Below, piece after piece: positions 30,442 through 45,554 of a stretch of 64,000 bases of DNA. Below the pieces are notes generated by a model. It did not search any database. It worked only from the letters and a program-made list of their open reading frames with translations, and was not told where the DNA came from. Made by a program: the position numbers and the translations under genes. Source of the stretch: Eledone cirrhosa (lineage: Eukaryota); NCBI GenBank assembly GCA_964016885.1, contig OZ024740.1, positions 85,994,001-86,058,000 on the forward strand, written 5' to 3'. Positions within the stretch are counted from its first letter, which is position 1. Every line of letters begins with the position of its first letter.

Positions 30442-32265
30442 TTAATGAAGTACAAATGTCTCAGTTTTCGTAGCACTGATTTTCGTTCTAGTCATGCAGT
30501 ACTCGGCATCAGACCTATTGAGTGCAAGTCGGAAATAACCTTCTGTGATGTTGTCTGAAAATTCCAGCCGACAGATTTTATACCCGCCAGTCATGATATC
30601 ACCTCCAGCCCGGCTGCGCATATCAATCCTGTTCATGTAAATAATGAACAGGGGAGGCGATAGTACGCACACTTGGCGGAGTCCGTCTCCCACATTGAAT
30701 GGTTTCGATTTGCACCTTTTATCCGAATCGTGCTGGTGAACGAGGGACGCGTTCATGCCTTAGGTGGAGGGGTCTGTTCGAAAAATATATTGAAGTCTCC
30801 ATTCCATGCCACAAAAGCTGGTGGTGGGCCGGTGAGGTGTCCTGGGACGGGGGGCTTGGGATGAACGCATAATGATTGCATATCGCGAGACCCTAAAGAG
30901 GGTCAGGAAAGGAACAAACCTTAATAGTTAGAACCTGGAACACCCTAACCCTTACAGGTAAGGAGCAGGAAGTAGTGGAGGAGGCTAGATGCTACCGGCT
31001 AGATTTAGTCGGGGTCTCCTCAACAAATTCTGTGGATCTGATACTGTAGATTTAGATGGAGGATGTAAACTCAACTATTCAGGCGTGACGCCAGAAATGA
31101 TTGCACAGACGGGATTGGAGATACTCACAATTCCCTGGCTGTCAGAATGTATTATGTGGAAAGATTTGCCTCTCGGAGCTTAGGCTGAACGATAGGGTTC
31201 TGTGCGTAGTGCAAGTTTATGCACCAAACAAGGTGTCCGAATACAGCGTTACATGTAGATAAGACTGAATTATATATCCTGATGGGAGTCTTCAATGCAC
31301 ATGTTGACACTGACCATCGGACATGAAAAGGAGTGATTGGAACGAATGGCGACCTCAATATAGATACGAATGGAGAGGACATACTAGACTTCTGTTCTAG
31401 CAATGGACTTCTTCCAGCACAGATATATCGATAAATATAATGGTATAAGGGGAGTCAGGGACAGAGATCAATAATTGATTTTGGTATTGTCTCTGATCTC
31501 TTTGATTCCGTGCTGCATGTTCGTGTTAAGAGAGGGGCTGAGCTGTCAACTGATCATCATCTAGTTATCTGTAACTTGAGACTACTTAAAGCCAAATATC
31601 ACACAAAACTGGCAGGTCTAGAGCGACCTACAGGATAAACTGGAGAGAATACTTTGCTGATCTCTTAACCCGATCACAACAGCATCTTCCGATATACATG
31701 TGGTGCATCTGGGGGTGGTGACTAATCCCTCGGAGGCTGAAGTTATACGAGCAGTTATAGGAGCTCAAAGGTGGTAAGGCCGCTGGGGTGGATGAAATCC
31801 GACCCGAGATGTTAAAAGTCTTAAATAGAGAAGGTATTCTCTGGCTGGCTCGTGTGTGTCGGGTGGCCTGGATCTCTGGAAGGCACCTAAGCAATGGCAA
31901 TCAGGTGTGATAATCCAATTTTCAAAAGGAGAGACAAGAGAGATTGTATCAATTACAGAGGGATCTCCTTGATAAGTCTCCTGAGTAAAGTCTATGTTAA
32001 GTGTCTGGCAAAGAGATGTAGGGAGATTGTCATGGACAAGCTAGCTGATGAGCAGTGTGGCTTTTGCCCCGGACGCAGCAGAGCCAACCAAACATTCACA
32101 CAGCGGCAGGTCTTCGAGAAATCGTGGAAGTATTGTCAAGAGGTATATTCTTATTTTGTCGACCTTGAAAATGTACATGACAGTATTCCTCGGGGCCTGC
32201 TGTGGAAGGTTTTGTAGTGGTATGGGATCGATGGTTAGCTTCTTGCTGCACTGATCGTTCTATAC
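30442..32265. mobile_element. Decayed RTE LINE with an internal inversion
   Basis: Plus strand 30757-32265: 5' region, APE remnants, NYRGISL, EQCGF, FVDLE; minus strand 30755->30442: GLRQVCVLSP, KISATKTE. Confidence 0.8.
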
Positions 32266-32611
32266 GAATACCTGAATATAATAAATAGTTTCTTACAATA
32301 TTTTGAAAATAAAATGTTCACCCTTATGAGAAATATTCAATTTAGAAAATTCAGGACTACTTTCCAATCCGAACTAATCTGAAAGATTAAAGAAATCGGT
32401 AATTGGTGAAAGATCTCTATGCATCGAATTAAAACCAAGAACACATAAGAGATCGATAATACAACGTATGATCATACTGTTTCGAATACTTTTAAAATAT
32501 CATATAAACACATATAGATATATATGAAATTGTCACCCATGGAGAATGAAAACCCTAAACACGAAACCTTTCTATTTCACTTTCAATGAATACAAAGATA
32601 ATTTTAATAAT

Positions 32612-32935
32612 TGTTTCTACTTTAGACACAAGGCCAGCAAATACCCAGTGCATTACTGGTACTTTATTTTATCGACCCCGTAAGTATAAAAGGCAAAGTC
32701 AACCAGGGCGGGATTTGAATAATTTTAATAATGGTTTCTGATTTAGGCACAAGGAAAATAATTTGAGGAGAAGGGAAATTCGCTTAAATAGAGCTCAGTG
32801 CATTACGTGCGATTTACTTTGGAAGAAAAGCAAAACTAACCTCGACGGGATTTGAACTCTGAATGTAAAGGGCCGTAAATCTAAGCCACAAAGCATGTTG
32901 TCCGACATTCTACCGATACAGCCAATCCACGACCC
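32612..32935 (-). mobile_element. Family A SINE (32612-32718) inserted at the tail of an older SINE copy (32733-32935)
   Basis: 14-bp TSD ATAATTTTAATAAT at 32598-32611 and 32719-32732. Confidence 0.8.
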
Positions 32936-33039
32936 TAAGGCTAATCTAAACTATAATAAAGTAAGGAGTGCGGGACTGCGTACGGTTTATAATTGTTTAT
33001 CCCATTAGTAAAATAAGCTGGATTACTTTGAATAAATAA

Positions 33040-34827
33040 CACCGTGTAACATATTTTTTGTTCCTCGGTTCTAAGTGTCATTTCGTGGTTTGTTATATCC
33101 CATTATTATAAAAAAACACTATTATTTAATTAGAAGTTTGGGTTTGTGGTCAGGAGTTTGATATTTCGAAATTTTAATATTTTTCAAGAAAAAACACATT
33201 TTTTTAAAATTTATCAGTTCATATAATTAAATCAACAGAGTATATATTTATTTCATTACACAAGCTTATCAAAAGCAAACAAGTAAAAACAAATAACACT
33301 TATAAAGCAACTTATACACGTCAGAAATGACTGGATTTCCTGGATTTGCGGTTGTACTCTAGGTCGCATTCCCGCACTAGCCCCCAGATACAGTCCCCCA
33401 TCATCTTTTCATTGTAGTGGCCCTGGTACCTCCGCTCTATCTCTTTCACATCTTAGTGGAATCGTTCGCCTTGTTCTTCTGAGTAGGCGCCCATATTGTC
33501 CTTGAATTTTTCCAGGTGAGCGTCCAGCATATGGAGTTTAAGCGACATCCTGCATCCCATGGCGCCAAAAGACTTTATCGGATCCTGCACCTGTTGCTGG
33601 TAGTTTTAAGCTCTTTAGTTGCTCATGAAGCCCTTAACAACTGCCTTGAAAGTTCCATGCTGTTCTCTCAATCCTATTGAGCTTATTGGAGAACTCGGTA
33701 GACTCAAACACCCTCTTTATCTGAGGTGCAACAAAAATTCCACCTTTGATTTTGACCTCAGATAACTTGGGGAAGAACTCAAGAAGGTACTTAAAAGCAG
33801 CTGATTCTTGGTTGAGAGCCTTCACAAACTGCTTTATCAACCCAAACTTAATGTGCTGTGGCGGCATGAACACAATCCTTAGATCAACCATTGGCTCCCA
33901 CGTGACGTTCCGGGTCCCAACTACAAATTCTGTTCGCTGCTCCCAGTTCTTTCTTTTATAGTGGTCAGAGGTGGTTCTGTTGCCCCAAAAGCAGAGGAAG
34001 CATTGGATTTGATAAACCCTCCTTGGAGTCCAAGCAGGAAAGCCACCGTCTTGAAGTCTCCAATAATTTTCCAATTGTACTGGTTGTATTGCAGAGCTTC
34101 CAAGAGGACTTTCAGACTGTAGTAATCTTCCTTCAGTCAAACTGAATGAGCTAGGGGTAGTGTCGGGAACTTGTTTCCATTGTGGAGGACAGCCTTCAAA
34201 CTTGTGGTGGAGCTGTCTATAAATAGCCGCCACTCCTTGGGCACAAACGGCACCCTAATAACATCAAACAGTCCAGGCACGTCATGGCAGAAGCAGAGGC
34301 CATCCCTAAGAGTGTAAAAGCCTGAGAAAGGTTCGTGTCGACTTCTCTGACTTGTCACCTGCACTTCCTCCTTGACAAAGTTCCACTGCTTCATCCTGGA
34401 GACGAATAGCTCTGTATTGGACTTGGTCAGACCCATATCCCTGACCAAATCATTGACTTCTTTTTGGTTTGGGAAGTGAGGAACTTTTTCTGGTACCCCA
34501 GTATCAATAAATCTCTTTAATCCACTTTTTAACAATTTTATACTTTATTGCACTTTTATAATTTTCTTTAGGTATTACTCTTTATTTTATCATTTTAATT
34601 TAACCTGAAACATATATTTAAAAAAAATCATTTAACATAAGCAAATTAAACTTACATACAACGTAAAATCCAGCATACAAATAATTCTAGTGAATAGCTT
34701 AGAATTTTTACAAACCCAAATTTTTAACTGTTTAATAGCACTTTTTTTAAATTTATCTGGGACCTAAGCAACACAAAAAAGTGATTACAAGCCAGAAACA
34801 GAGAAAAAAAACTTTTGTTACACGGTG
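33040..34827 (-). mobile_element. CMC/Chapaev3-type DNA transposon with decayed transposase
   Basis: TIR CACCGTGTAACA / TGTTACACGGTG; 3-bp TSD TAA; WRLFIDSS, GDFK, PPQHIKFGL, HMLDAHL, EQGERFH motifs broken by stops and frameshifts. Confidence 0.85.
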
Positions 34828-35379
34828 TAATGAATGAATATTTCATAATTTATCTACTAAATTTCGTAGCTGTTGATTAAAGATATTTTATTGTTTATTT
34901 AAAGATTCACTTCTTTAAAATGTTCAAATGTCAACACTTCCGGTTAGCGATCGCTTAAATAAACATTCATATATTTCCCTCACTAATTTTCTCCTAATGC
35001 AGTTTACATATAATATCGTCATTTTTTAACGTATCATGGATTACGTTACTGATTACATAAGAGAGTGTAACGCAGTCTTCGTTCAATTTCTGTGTATATT
35101 GTCAATTACGATTTTATTTCATGTATCATATCTATATGCATATATACTTCCGTATAATATCAATATGCACAGTACACATGCTAGCATAAAACCACCCGAA
35201 AGGTGGTTTTTCTGCTAGTTTTAATAACAAACCTTCTATTAGGCGATTTAATGCAACCAATTAGGTCATAGATATAATTAGAAAACAAATATTAAGATAT
35301 TACTTAAGATTAAATTTAGGAAAATAAGTTATATTATTACATACTGAATGACTTACATTGGTTATAGTTATGACTCTTT

Positions 35380-35535
35380 ACCTTTTGAGTTCAAATCCCG
35401 TCGAAGTTGTTAGCTTTGCCTTTCATCCTTGTTGTATCGATAGAATAAAGTTCCAGTAACGCGTTGAGCTTTCTTTAATCGGATTTTCCCTCTTCCTTAC
35501 AAATTTCAGGCCTTATGCCAAAAGTAGAAAAAATT
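35380..35535 (+). mobile_element. Diverged family A SINE
   Basis: gagttcaaatcc...tttgcctttcatcct...aaagtagaaa. Confidence 0.7.
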
Positions 35536-35976
35536 ATTTGTAGATTAAAAGATTACTAAGAACATTGTTCGCAGAAAAGCTGAATTTAGGATTTTTGTAT
35601 TTTATTTGTACAGAGAGCATTTTCCCATTCAATATCGAATGTTTAGAGGACGGGATATTGCATTCATACAGAAAGGTTCCAACTATTCTAAATTTCAAAG
35701 GGGCATATTTCAATAAGAATTTAAATTGAAATTTTATGTTTGTTTTGTCTACAACAGATGCAGCAGCGCCAGTGAAAACCTGTTTAATGTTGTCTGGTCA
35801 TTTTTATCGCAATTCGTCTTTCTGACACTCTTTTTCCCCACATACTGCTTTCTTTTGCTTCACGATTACTTTCTATAATTTCGTACGATTATACTTACAG
35901 CCTCGCTTTTCTGATTGTAACTGTCAATCATTCATTGCTATTACATTTTATGTTACCCTTTTACTCACTATCACAG

Positions 35977-36067
<91 letters not shown>

Positions 36068-36347
36068 ACAGATCTATTTATTTCTACTATACTTTTATAC
36101 TTCATTTCCTCCGCAGCTTGTTGGTATCGAGGACGTTTATAGATGGATTACTTGACCTGCTAGAAATTGCAGCCAAATTGCCCACAAATTGCACACATAC
36201 AACATTGAACGTTGTAGTCCTAGATACCTCAGAAATGACATAATAAGAATGACTGGAATAATTGGACTGCTTGATTAAACAACAAAAACAACTTCCATTA
36301 ATTTTCGAACTCATATTTTCACAGCCGCTCTCTCCTTCTCTCTGTAA

Positions 36348-36378
<31 letters not shown>

Positions 36379-36430
36379 TGTATGTATGTATGTATGTATG
36401 TATGTATGTATGTATGTATGTATGTATGTA

Positions 36431-37036
36431 CCTGTCAGGTCACCAGTTGGTGCTACTGGTAACATGTATCACAGTACAACCTGTCTCATGGTCGGGTCGT
36501 TGGCGACTAAACTGGCAACCCCACCAAGGTTTCTTGGTGAGGAGGGTGACTTTGGACATCCTGCAGGACTAAAAACAAAACCGGGCAAAGGACCTCTTAA
36601 GAGTCAATGGCCATCCAAAATCACCGGGAGAGATGACCCCTTAGCCTTTGTCAAGGCAGAATTCTAGGAGAAGGAAAACTCTGATATAACACCTGCAATC
36701 CTGATGGTATCCAATGATGATGACTAGTTCTTCTTTTTGGTAAATATCATCTTGGTTAAAAGAGTGGGACTGGCTTTGTGCAGTGCCTTTGCTCACTATA
36801 AAAGCTTCACGGCACAGGCATTGCTTTATATCTGGAGATCTCTCTGCACTTGTCGTCACATGGTACCATGGGCCCAGTACTATGTGTCAATAATTGTCAC
36901 AAGTGTAGTGTTTGTACCAGAGTTTTCAAGTCGCTGGCTGGACTAAAAAGTCACACTCGTTCAGCTCATCGGTAGGGGTTCTCCTACATGGATATAGAGT
37001 AGTGGCCATATTCGAAAACGAGTTGGCAGCCACCAT
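36431..37036 (+). mobile_element. ~600-bp non-autonomous retroelement between (TATG)n tracts; 5' part also at ~42490-42900
   Basis: Homologous to 945-1572 (-), 617-790 (-) and 42510-42760 (+); no credible ORF. Confidence 0.7.
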
Positions 37037-37077
37037 GTATGTATGTATGTATGTATGTATGTATGTATGTATGTATG

Positions 37078-37108
<31 letters not shown>

Positions 37109-37112
37109 GTAA

Positions 37113-38372
37113 TGTTATCTCTTTATCTTAATTTCCAGTATATTTCTTTGACCGGCCACCTTCCTGGTGGTAAGGTTGTATAAGAAAAGAAATTGTCATC
37201 CCTTGAATCGCAAGAATGTTTTGCAAATTTTGAAGGTGTCAGCTATCGCAGCCATTTGTAGACTATTAATTAGGGAGCTGCGCTCTTTGTCCGCAAATCC
37301 AAGTTCAGTCATACTTTGGTCCAAGTGGGTTGGTATATAACCCGTAGCTCCAATAATGATGGGTATGAAGCTAAAGGTGTATCTTGGATATTGGATTTGT
37401 AAACTCCTCATCAATGGCCCGTAGATGTCCTCCTTCTCCTGTATTTTTCTGACAACGTTTACATCAAGTGGGCAGCTGATCTCCACAACAGAACACGTTT
37501 TCAATGTGTGGTCCCAAACAACAATATCAGGCCGGTTGTGCTTTAATTTGGTGGCAGTTTTTATTTTCAGGTTCCACCAGTATTCCTTAGTGCCATCTGT
37601 CTCAATATATTCTTCCTCGTTTGTTGTTAATTTTGTTTTCCGAAGTGCGTTCCAGATGGTTCTAGCTATCCCATCGTGTCTCATGGGGAGGTAGTAGAGA
37701 GATGACATTCTTTCGCATCTGGCAACAATGTGGCTTACATCCTCGATCTTTGTTTTACATAGCCTACATTTATTGTTAGCTGATGGCCCTCCCCTTTTGT
37801 GCAGCAGATATTTGGTATGGAGTTCTTGTTCCTGTATTGCATAGAGATATCCCTCAAGGTGTGATGTCATAAACTTGTCGGAACTCCATGCCAGGCTTTT
37901 TGAGTGGTTTATCCCCTCTATGGTCTGCGTTTTACGTCTCAAGTATCCATGCACAACTTTTTCTGTAAATTGGTCAATTTTTTAATCTTGTTTGAACATT
38001 GAATAGGATCTTCCGATTTCTCTGGGTGAGAGATTTATATTAGGTTTTATTCCATATCTCTCCTCCAGATCATTGGCTATTCTAATGATATTATTTTTTT
38101 CATGCTCATAAACCTGGGCAAGATGGTTGCCAACCTTTTTCCTCTGTTGCAGATGTTGCTTCAGTGTTAATAACCGGGTCTCATATGATGTTAATATGGA
38201 TTTTAGACCCCGGCCACCTTCCTTGCGTGAGAAGTATAGCCTATCCACATCACCATTGATGTTAAAGTTCCCAGTAACACTGAGAAGTTTGCGAGTTCTA
38301 ACATCCATCTCACTTAGTTCTTGCATTGACCAGTTCAGCAGGCCAAATATTGGCGTTAGAATTGGCACAGCA
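37113..38372 (-). mobile_element. R4/Dong-like RLE non-LTR retrotransposon, 5'-truncated, one in-frame stop at 37982
   Basis: DRLY..RKEGGRGL, AIQEQ, CRLC..E...H....C, RHD, NRPDIVV..VVEISCP, EK..Y; (TATG)n on both sides. Confidence 0.88.
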
Positions 38373-38773
38373 TAAGTATGTATGTGTGTATGTATGCATG
38401 TATGTGTGTATGTATGTATGCATGTATGTATGTATGTATGTATGTATGTATGTATGTATGTATGTATGTATGTATGTATGTATGTATGTATGTATGTGTG
38501 TATGTATGTATGTATGAATGAATGAATGAATGCATGTATGTATGTTTGTATGTTTGTATGTATGTATGTATGAATGAATGAACGCATGTATGTATGTTTG
38601 TATGTTTGTATGTATGTATGTATGAATGAATGAATGCATGTATGTATGTTTGTATGTGTGCATGCACGTTTGCATATGTAGACATGTTTGGAAAGAGATG
38701 GAACGGAATCATTAAAAAAAATATATATATATATATATAGGGAATAAGGACATTATATATATACATATGTATG

Positions 38774-38948
<175 letters not shown>

Positions 38949-39164
38949 TTACCACAGTCCTCCCCCATCTCCTCCATCTGATCAGTCTACTACTTTGATA
39001 AACTCAACCAAAGCACTGCCAATACCAGTGACCTATTTGTTCATAACCTACAGATATGACTACGCCCTTGGAAAGGCTTACTGAACACACACCGAAGCCA
39101 TTTGGCGCCGCGGTTGGGATGTTACATCACTCTTTCTCTCTCTCTCTCTCTATCTCTATCTCTC

Positions 39165-39248
<84 letters not shown>

Positions 39249-39520
39249 AAATAAGGAACTGGAACCATATGATTCCAGTTCCTTTGAGGACTAACAACAC
39301 ACCCAGGAGCTGGACATATCGATGAATTAACAGGGTAGAACCCATTACAACATCGTGTTTTCCTGTTTTTTTCTGCATTAATTGTTACTGCCTGAGTAAC
39401 AATTAATGAGTAACCTACTGAGGTCACAGCAAATAATGGCTGTCACTGAAATATGTATAGCAGCAAATTTGAATAAACGAAGCCAACTTTAACATGTTTG
39501 ACATACACTTATTATTTTAC

Positions 39521-39695
39521 TTGGCAGTATCAGTAGAGGGTCGGACGCCATGCTTTCCAGCATAGTTACGTCCCTTTACGATCTGAGTTCAAATCCCGCC
39601 GAGGTTGACTTTGCCTTTCATCCTTACGGGGTCGATAAAATAAAGTACCAGTAATGCACTGGGTATTTGCTGGCCTTGTGCCTAAAGTAGAAACA
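39521..39695 (+). mobile_element. Family A SINE
   Basis: 10-bp TSD ATTATTTTAC (39511-39520 / 39696-39705). Confidence 0.88.
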
Positions 39696-39801
39696 ATTAT
39701 TTTACATTACTCCGGAATTAACAAACAAACCTGCGTATTTCGTTGAGTGTTCCTACTTGCATACTGAGGTGTCGGTAAACAACCAACACATACTCAACAT
39801 C

Positions 39802-39869
<68 letters not shown>

Positions 39870-39875
<6 letters not shown>

Positions 39876-40249
39876 AGTATGTATGTATGTATACGTACAT
39901 ACATATATGTATACAGGCGTACAGTAGTATGTATATATATACATACATGCACACATATATATATGCACGTATTGGTTTACCGAACATTTATTATAATGCT
40001 CGGTTTGTTTGTTGACACAGGAACGATGTACTAGTTTCAAGCTTATTAGCTATCGTCAGCATCGTATACCTTCCTGCCAGATGGTTGAACGTCTGAAAGT
40101 ATATACTTTCCTTATGCATATTAACGGCTGAGCAGCCTAATTTGCATATCGAGTGAGTTTACTCGGCCGGGCGCACCGAAAACGATAAATGTAATTTAAG
40201 TAACTGCCGTACTAAGAGTAAGAAATGAAATTTCGATTCATTCTATTCC

Positions 40250-40250
<1 letters not shown>
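39870..40250 (-). mobile_element. Retrozyme-like family copy with intact HHR (40023-40065) and a short inverted terminus (~40195-40250)
   Basis: Minus strand ACGATG-CTGACGA-TAGCT aata AGCT-TGAAAC TA GTA-CATCGT. Confidence 0.82.
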
Positions 40251-40339
<89 letters not shown>

Positions 40340-40519
40340 GTGTGTGTGTGTGTATTGGTCTAGTTAATTTCTACGTAATAAGAGGAAAGACTCGGTAAAT
40401 TTTATCTGATTGTTCCTCATAAAGGAATATCGATAACATTTATCTGTTATTTCTTCAAAGTTACATTTTAAACTTAGCTCAGTTTAAATGATTATTTATT
40501 TGGTTGATTTCTACGGACT

Positions 40520-42187
40520 AACCATAATCATCAACCTTCTCAAATACCTCAAATGCAAAGCATCCCTGCTTGTGCATACGATTGTGACACCACTCCACCG
40601 ACGATAAATGAAATCTCTGACACTATTCGAAAACTAAAAAACAACAAGGCGTCTGGAGAAAATGGTATTACTGCTGAGATTTTAAAACAATCTACCGACA
40701 TATTAGCCCCGACCCTTCACAAAATCATTGTCCTTATCTGGGAATCCGAAGGCCTTCCCCAAGACTGGAGCGATGCTGTTCTGCTTCCGTTTTTCAAGAA
40801 AGGTGATAAACCATGTTGCAGCAACTAGGTATAAGACTAATCGACATTGCCGCTAAGATATTCGCTACAATATTGCTAAAACGATTTCAAAATGAACGAG
40901 GTTCACGCACAAGGCCAAATCAATGCGGTTTTCGTCCTGGTCAAGGGTGTACAGATCAGATTTTCACGCTGCGTCGAGTGCGTGAACATCGCTGGTGCTA
41001 TCAGCAGAAGATCCTCGTCTGTTTCATAGATTTTGCTGCTGCTTTGGATTCAGTCGATCGTGGAGCCCTTTGGAAGGTTATGCATGCAGATGGTATGCCA
41101 CAGAAACTCATTGACCTGCTAAAATCCTACTATCTTTCTACCCGCACTCGTGGTCAAGAATCCCAGTTCTTTGACATCCATTCTGGCGTTCGACAAGGCT
41201 GTGTTCTGTCGCCTACCTTGTTCAATTGTACTATTGATTGGATCACCACCCATGCGCATATGAACTTTCCTGGTGTCACAGTGGACCTTAATTTCGCACT
41301 GTCGGACCTGGACTATGCTGACGATATAGCGATTCTGGGAGAAAGCTTTACAGACATCCACCAGCAATCGATAAGCTACAGTACTTCGCCTCCAAACTCT
41401 GCATGAAAGTGAATGCAGAGAAGACCAAGCTGATGACTGCAGGTTTTCTTACCCGCTGAAAAACAACCGATTGTCCTTGACGGAGAAACCCTTGAAGAGG
41501 TTGATCGCTTTAAGTATCTAGGTTCTATAGTCACTGCAACAGGCCAAGGAGTTGAGGATATAAATGGTCGCATCGGTAACGCTCGCCTCGCCTTCTGTCG
41601 TCTACGTGCTCGGCTGTGAAGCAGACATGAAATTAAACTGACCATCAAAATTCGGATCTACCAAGTCCTTGTCCGAACAGTCCTGTTATACGGCTGCGAA
41701 ACCTGGCCACCGAGAGCAGAGGATATGCGCAAACTCAAAGTGTTCGACCATCATTGTTTACGCCGCATCCTTCGTGTTCGCTGGCAACAATTCATCTCGA
41801 ATTCTGCAATCCGTGCATGCTGCAAAATCTTCTCCCTCCAGCAGGCTCTTCTCACGAGGCGTGTTCGCTGGCTTGGTCATGCTCTCCGTCGACAACCGGG
41901 CGACTTCATTTGCGAAGCTATTGATTCATCTCCTCCGTTGGGATGGAGGAAACGTCGTGGAGGCCAACTGAAAACGTGGCTTATGACGGTGAGGCAAGAC
42001 ACTGAGCTGATCTTAGGCCACGCCTGTGTGGGGTTCGGCGATGGAACCGCGAATGGCTGACACTCATATCTTCGATAGCGTCGGACCGTCGTGCTTGGTC
42101 GGCCTTCATTCGGGATACGGTAAATTCGTTGGACGGTGCCAGCTCAACCGACCCAGGGTGAATGCCGCTGCAAGAACAAGAAGAAGA
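40520..42187 (+). mobile_element. 5'-truncated RTE LINE (RT pseudogene) with AAG-type tail
   Basis: KASGENGITAE, NQCGFRP, FIDFAAA, GVRQGCVLSP, LDYADDI, FKYLGS, LYGCETW, RWLGH; frameshifts and a stop. Confidence 0.9.
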
Positions 42188-42339
42188 TATTATGATTATT
42201 TATTTATGTCCATACACGGAACAAAAAGTGCTACCTAAGGTTTCAAGCTCAAATTATGGCCATCTACCCAGATTATGCACGGTGGTGCAGAGTGGAAGAG
42301 CGACCCCAAATTTGTCATCTAGTCATCAGGTACAGGGTG

Positions 42340-42476
<137 letters not shown>

Positions 42477-43363
42477 TATGTTAGTTCACTCTTCAGCGTT
42501 ACTGCGAAGATGTGACCCTGTACAACCTGTGTACGATCGGGTCGTCGGCGACTAAACAGGCAACCCCTCCAATCTTGCTTGGTGAGGAGGAGGATTTTGG
42601 ACACCCTGCAGAATGAAAAAAATAACATCAAAGGGCGAAGGAAGTCAGGAGATTCAACGGCCAACCATTGAAGTGCGCGAGAGACTCCTAGTCTTCATTA
42701 AGACATCTCTCTAGGAGAAGGTCACTCTGATATAAAACCACCGACTTTGTTAGCATCCAATAATGTAGAATAAGTTATTCTTTTGAGGCAAATGAATTCC
42801 ATGTTCAGAGAAAGGGATTGGCCCCGTCCAAAGCCTTTCCTCACTTAAAAAAGCTACAAGCTCAAGCATTGCTTGATATGTGACATTTTTTTTTTTTTTG
42901 CGATGTATGGCATGGCTGGCCATAGACAATTACATAGCGAGAATAAAAAGACACATCCATGATGCACATGCTTAAGTATCAAGCGATGGCATTACTCGAA
43001 ATCGTGTTGCAAAAATTCTTGTTTTGACTACAAGAATTTTTGCAACACGAATTGGCGCGAAACTTATAGTACTCAATCACGTGACATTCAACAACCAACC
43101 GAATCTTAATACCTCTGGAGCCACTTTTTTCACATAAAACAGGTAGAATTTCCAAAACTGATCAGATTAGAGCAAACATCACGGGTGCTCTATCTCAAAA
43201 TTATTTTTGAAAAGCATTAGAAATGCGCAACCGGTAATAACTTAAAACTAGAACTGAATACTAACCACTTGTGCCTAAAGTAGAAACAATTATTATTTTT
43301 ACTTATTCCTAATTAAACTATTTTTCACTGGGAAAAATTTGTCAGCATTTTCTTTTCCCTTTA

Positions 43364-43560
<197 letters not shown>

Positions 43561-43564
43561 TATT

Positions 43565-43904
43565 AGAAAGTGAGTTTTTTTTTACAAAATGAAAAATAAC
43601 CGAGGTGTCCTACACGAGTGAAAGTATAAAGAAAAAGAGATGAAATCGAAAATGCAACTGGAGTCTTATTTAAAAAAAAAATATATATATTTATTTGGTT
43701 CCTTTACCGGTTTCGCAGTTCTTCTGCTTTTCAAAAGGTGAGTTGAGATGGAGGGTCTGTGGTTTGAGAAAAACCACAGACCCTCCATCTCAACTCTACT
43801 TTTGAAAAGCAGAAGAACTGCGAAACCGGTAAAGGAACCAAATAAATATATATATTTAAAAAAAAAATAAGACTCCAGTTGCATTTTCGATTTCATCTCT
43901 TTTT

Positions 43905-43911
<7 letters not shown>
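43565..43911 (-). mobile_element. Fold-back pLTR with 141-bp arms and paired HHRs (43701-43738 -, 43798-43835 +)
   Basis: Arms 43625-43765 / 43771-43911, 5-nt loop; CCTT-TTGAAAA-GCAG aagaa CTGC-GAAAC CG GTA-AAGG. Confidence 0.87.
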
Positions 43912-43957
<46 letters not shown>

Positions 43958-44464
43958 TGTATATACATATATACATACATACACACATATACGCACACAC
44001 ACACGCGCGCGCGCACACACACACACACAGACACACATATATATGTATATCCTTATTCCTTATATTCTTTTGCCGTATATATATATATATATACACACAC
44101 CTATTTTAAGTTTCGCTTTGTTCTCACCCCCATTCTTCAGTTGTTCCCACAACTCTCATTATCTTATTCTCACACACCACACTGACTCAATTCTAAGAAG
44201 ATATCTAGAATATTTTTAGCTCCTCTTCCTTCATCTACAATATCTTTTACCCACATCCCCACGATCTCTCTCAATTTCAATCTACATACAATCTGTCTGT
44301 GTATGTGTTCAAATCCCCTAATGTCTTTACACATACATGTGTACATACATACATACATACATACATACACTCACTCACTAGCATAAGCAAAAACACACAC
44401 CCTCACGCACAGAAATTCTGACTCAGACACACTACTACACACACACATACATGCACACATACAT

Positions 44465-44709
<245 letters not shown>

Positions 44710-44781
44710 ACTTAAGCAAAAACACACACCCTCACACACAGAAATTCTGACTCAGACACACTACTACACACACACACACAC

Positions 44782-44822
<41 letters not shown>

Positions 44823-44881
44823 AGCATACATATATTTGAATGTTTCTGATCTCTCTCCCACCGTCTCTCTTTATGTTTATA

Positions 44882-44948
<67 letters not shown>

Positions 44949-45412
44949 TTGTGTGCATATATATATATTTACCTACATATACATACATATACATACATAC
45001 ACACATACATACATAAATATATACATACATACCTACATACATACATACATACATATATATAGACACACATATACATACGTACTTACATACATACGTACTT
45101 ACATACATACGTACGTAAGTACGTACATACATACATATATGCATTATATGTAATTCAATAAATTTCTTTTTATTTCATTTGGTATTACCATCGAAAACTG
45201 ATAACTACGTGATTCTAATAGTCGACAACTGGTTGATTCATAAATCACATTTTCCCTTATGTAGATTAGTGTCACACACACACACACAAACACACCTACA
45301 CACACACATACACATAAAATTACACACACACACATACGCACAAACACAGAATGTGATAAGGTCACATGGATATAAATACAAATAGATTCGTGTATATTCT
45401 AACACACAATAC

Positions 45413-45515
<103 letters not shown>

Positions 45516-45554
45516 CATGTGTGTGTATTCTAGCACGAACATGCTATCTTAAAC

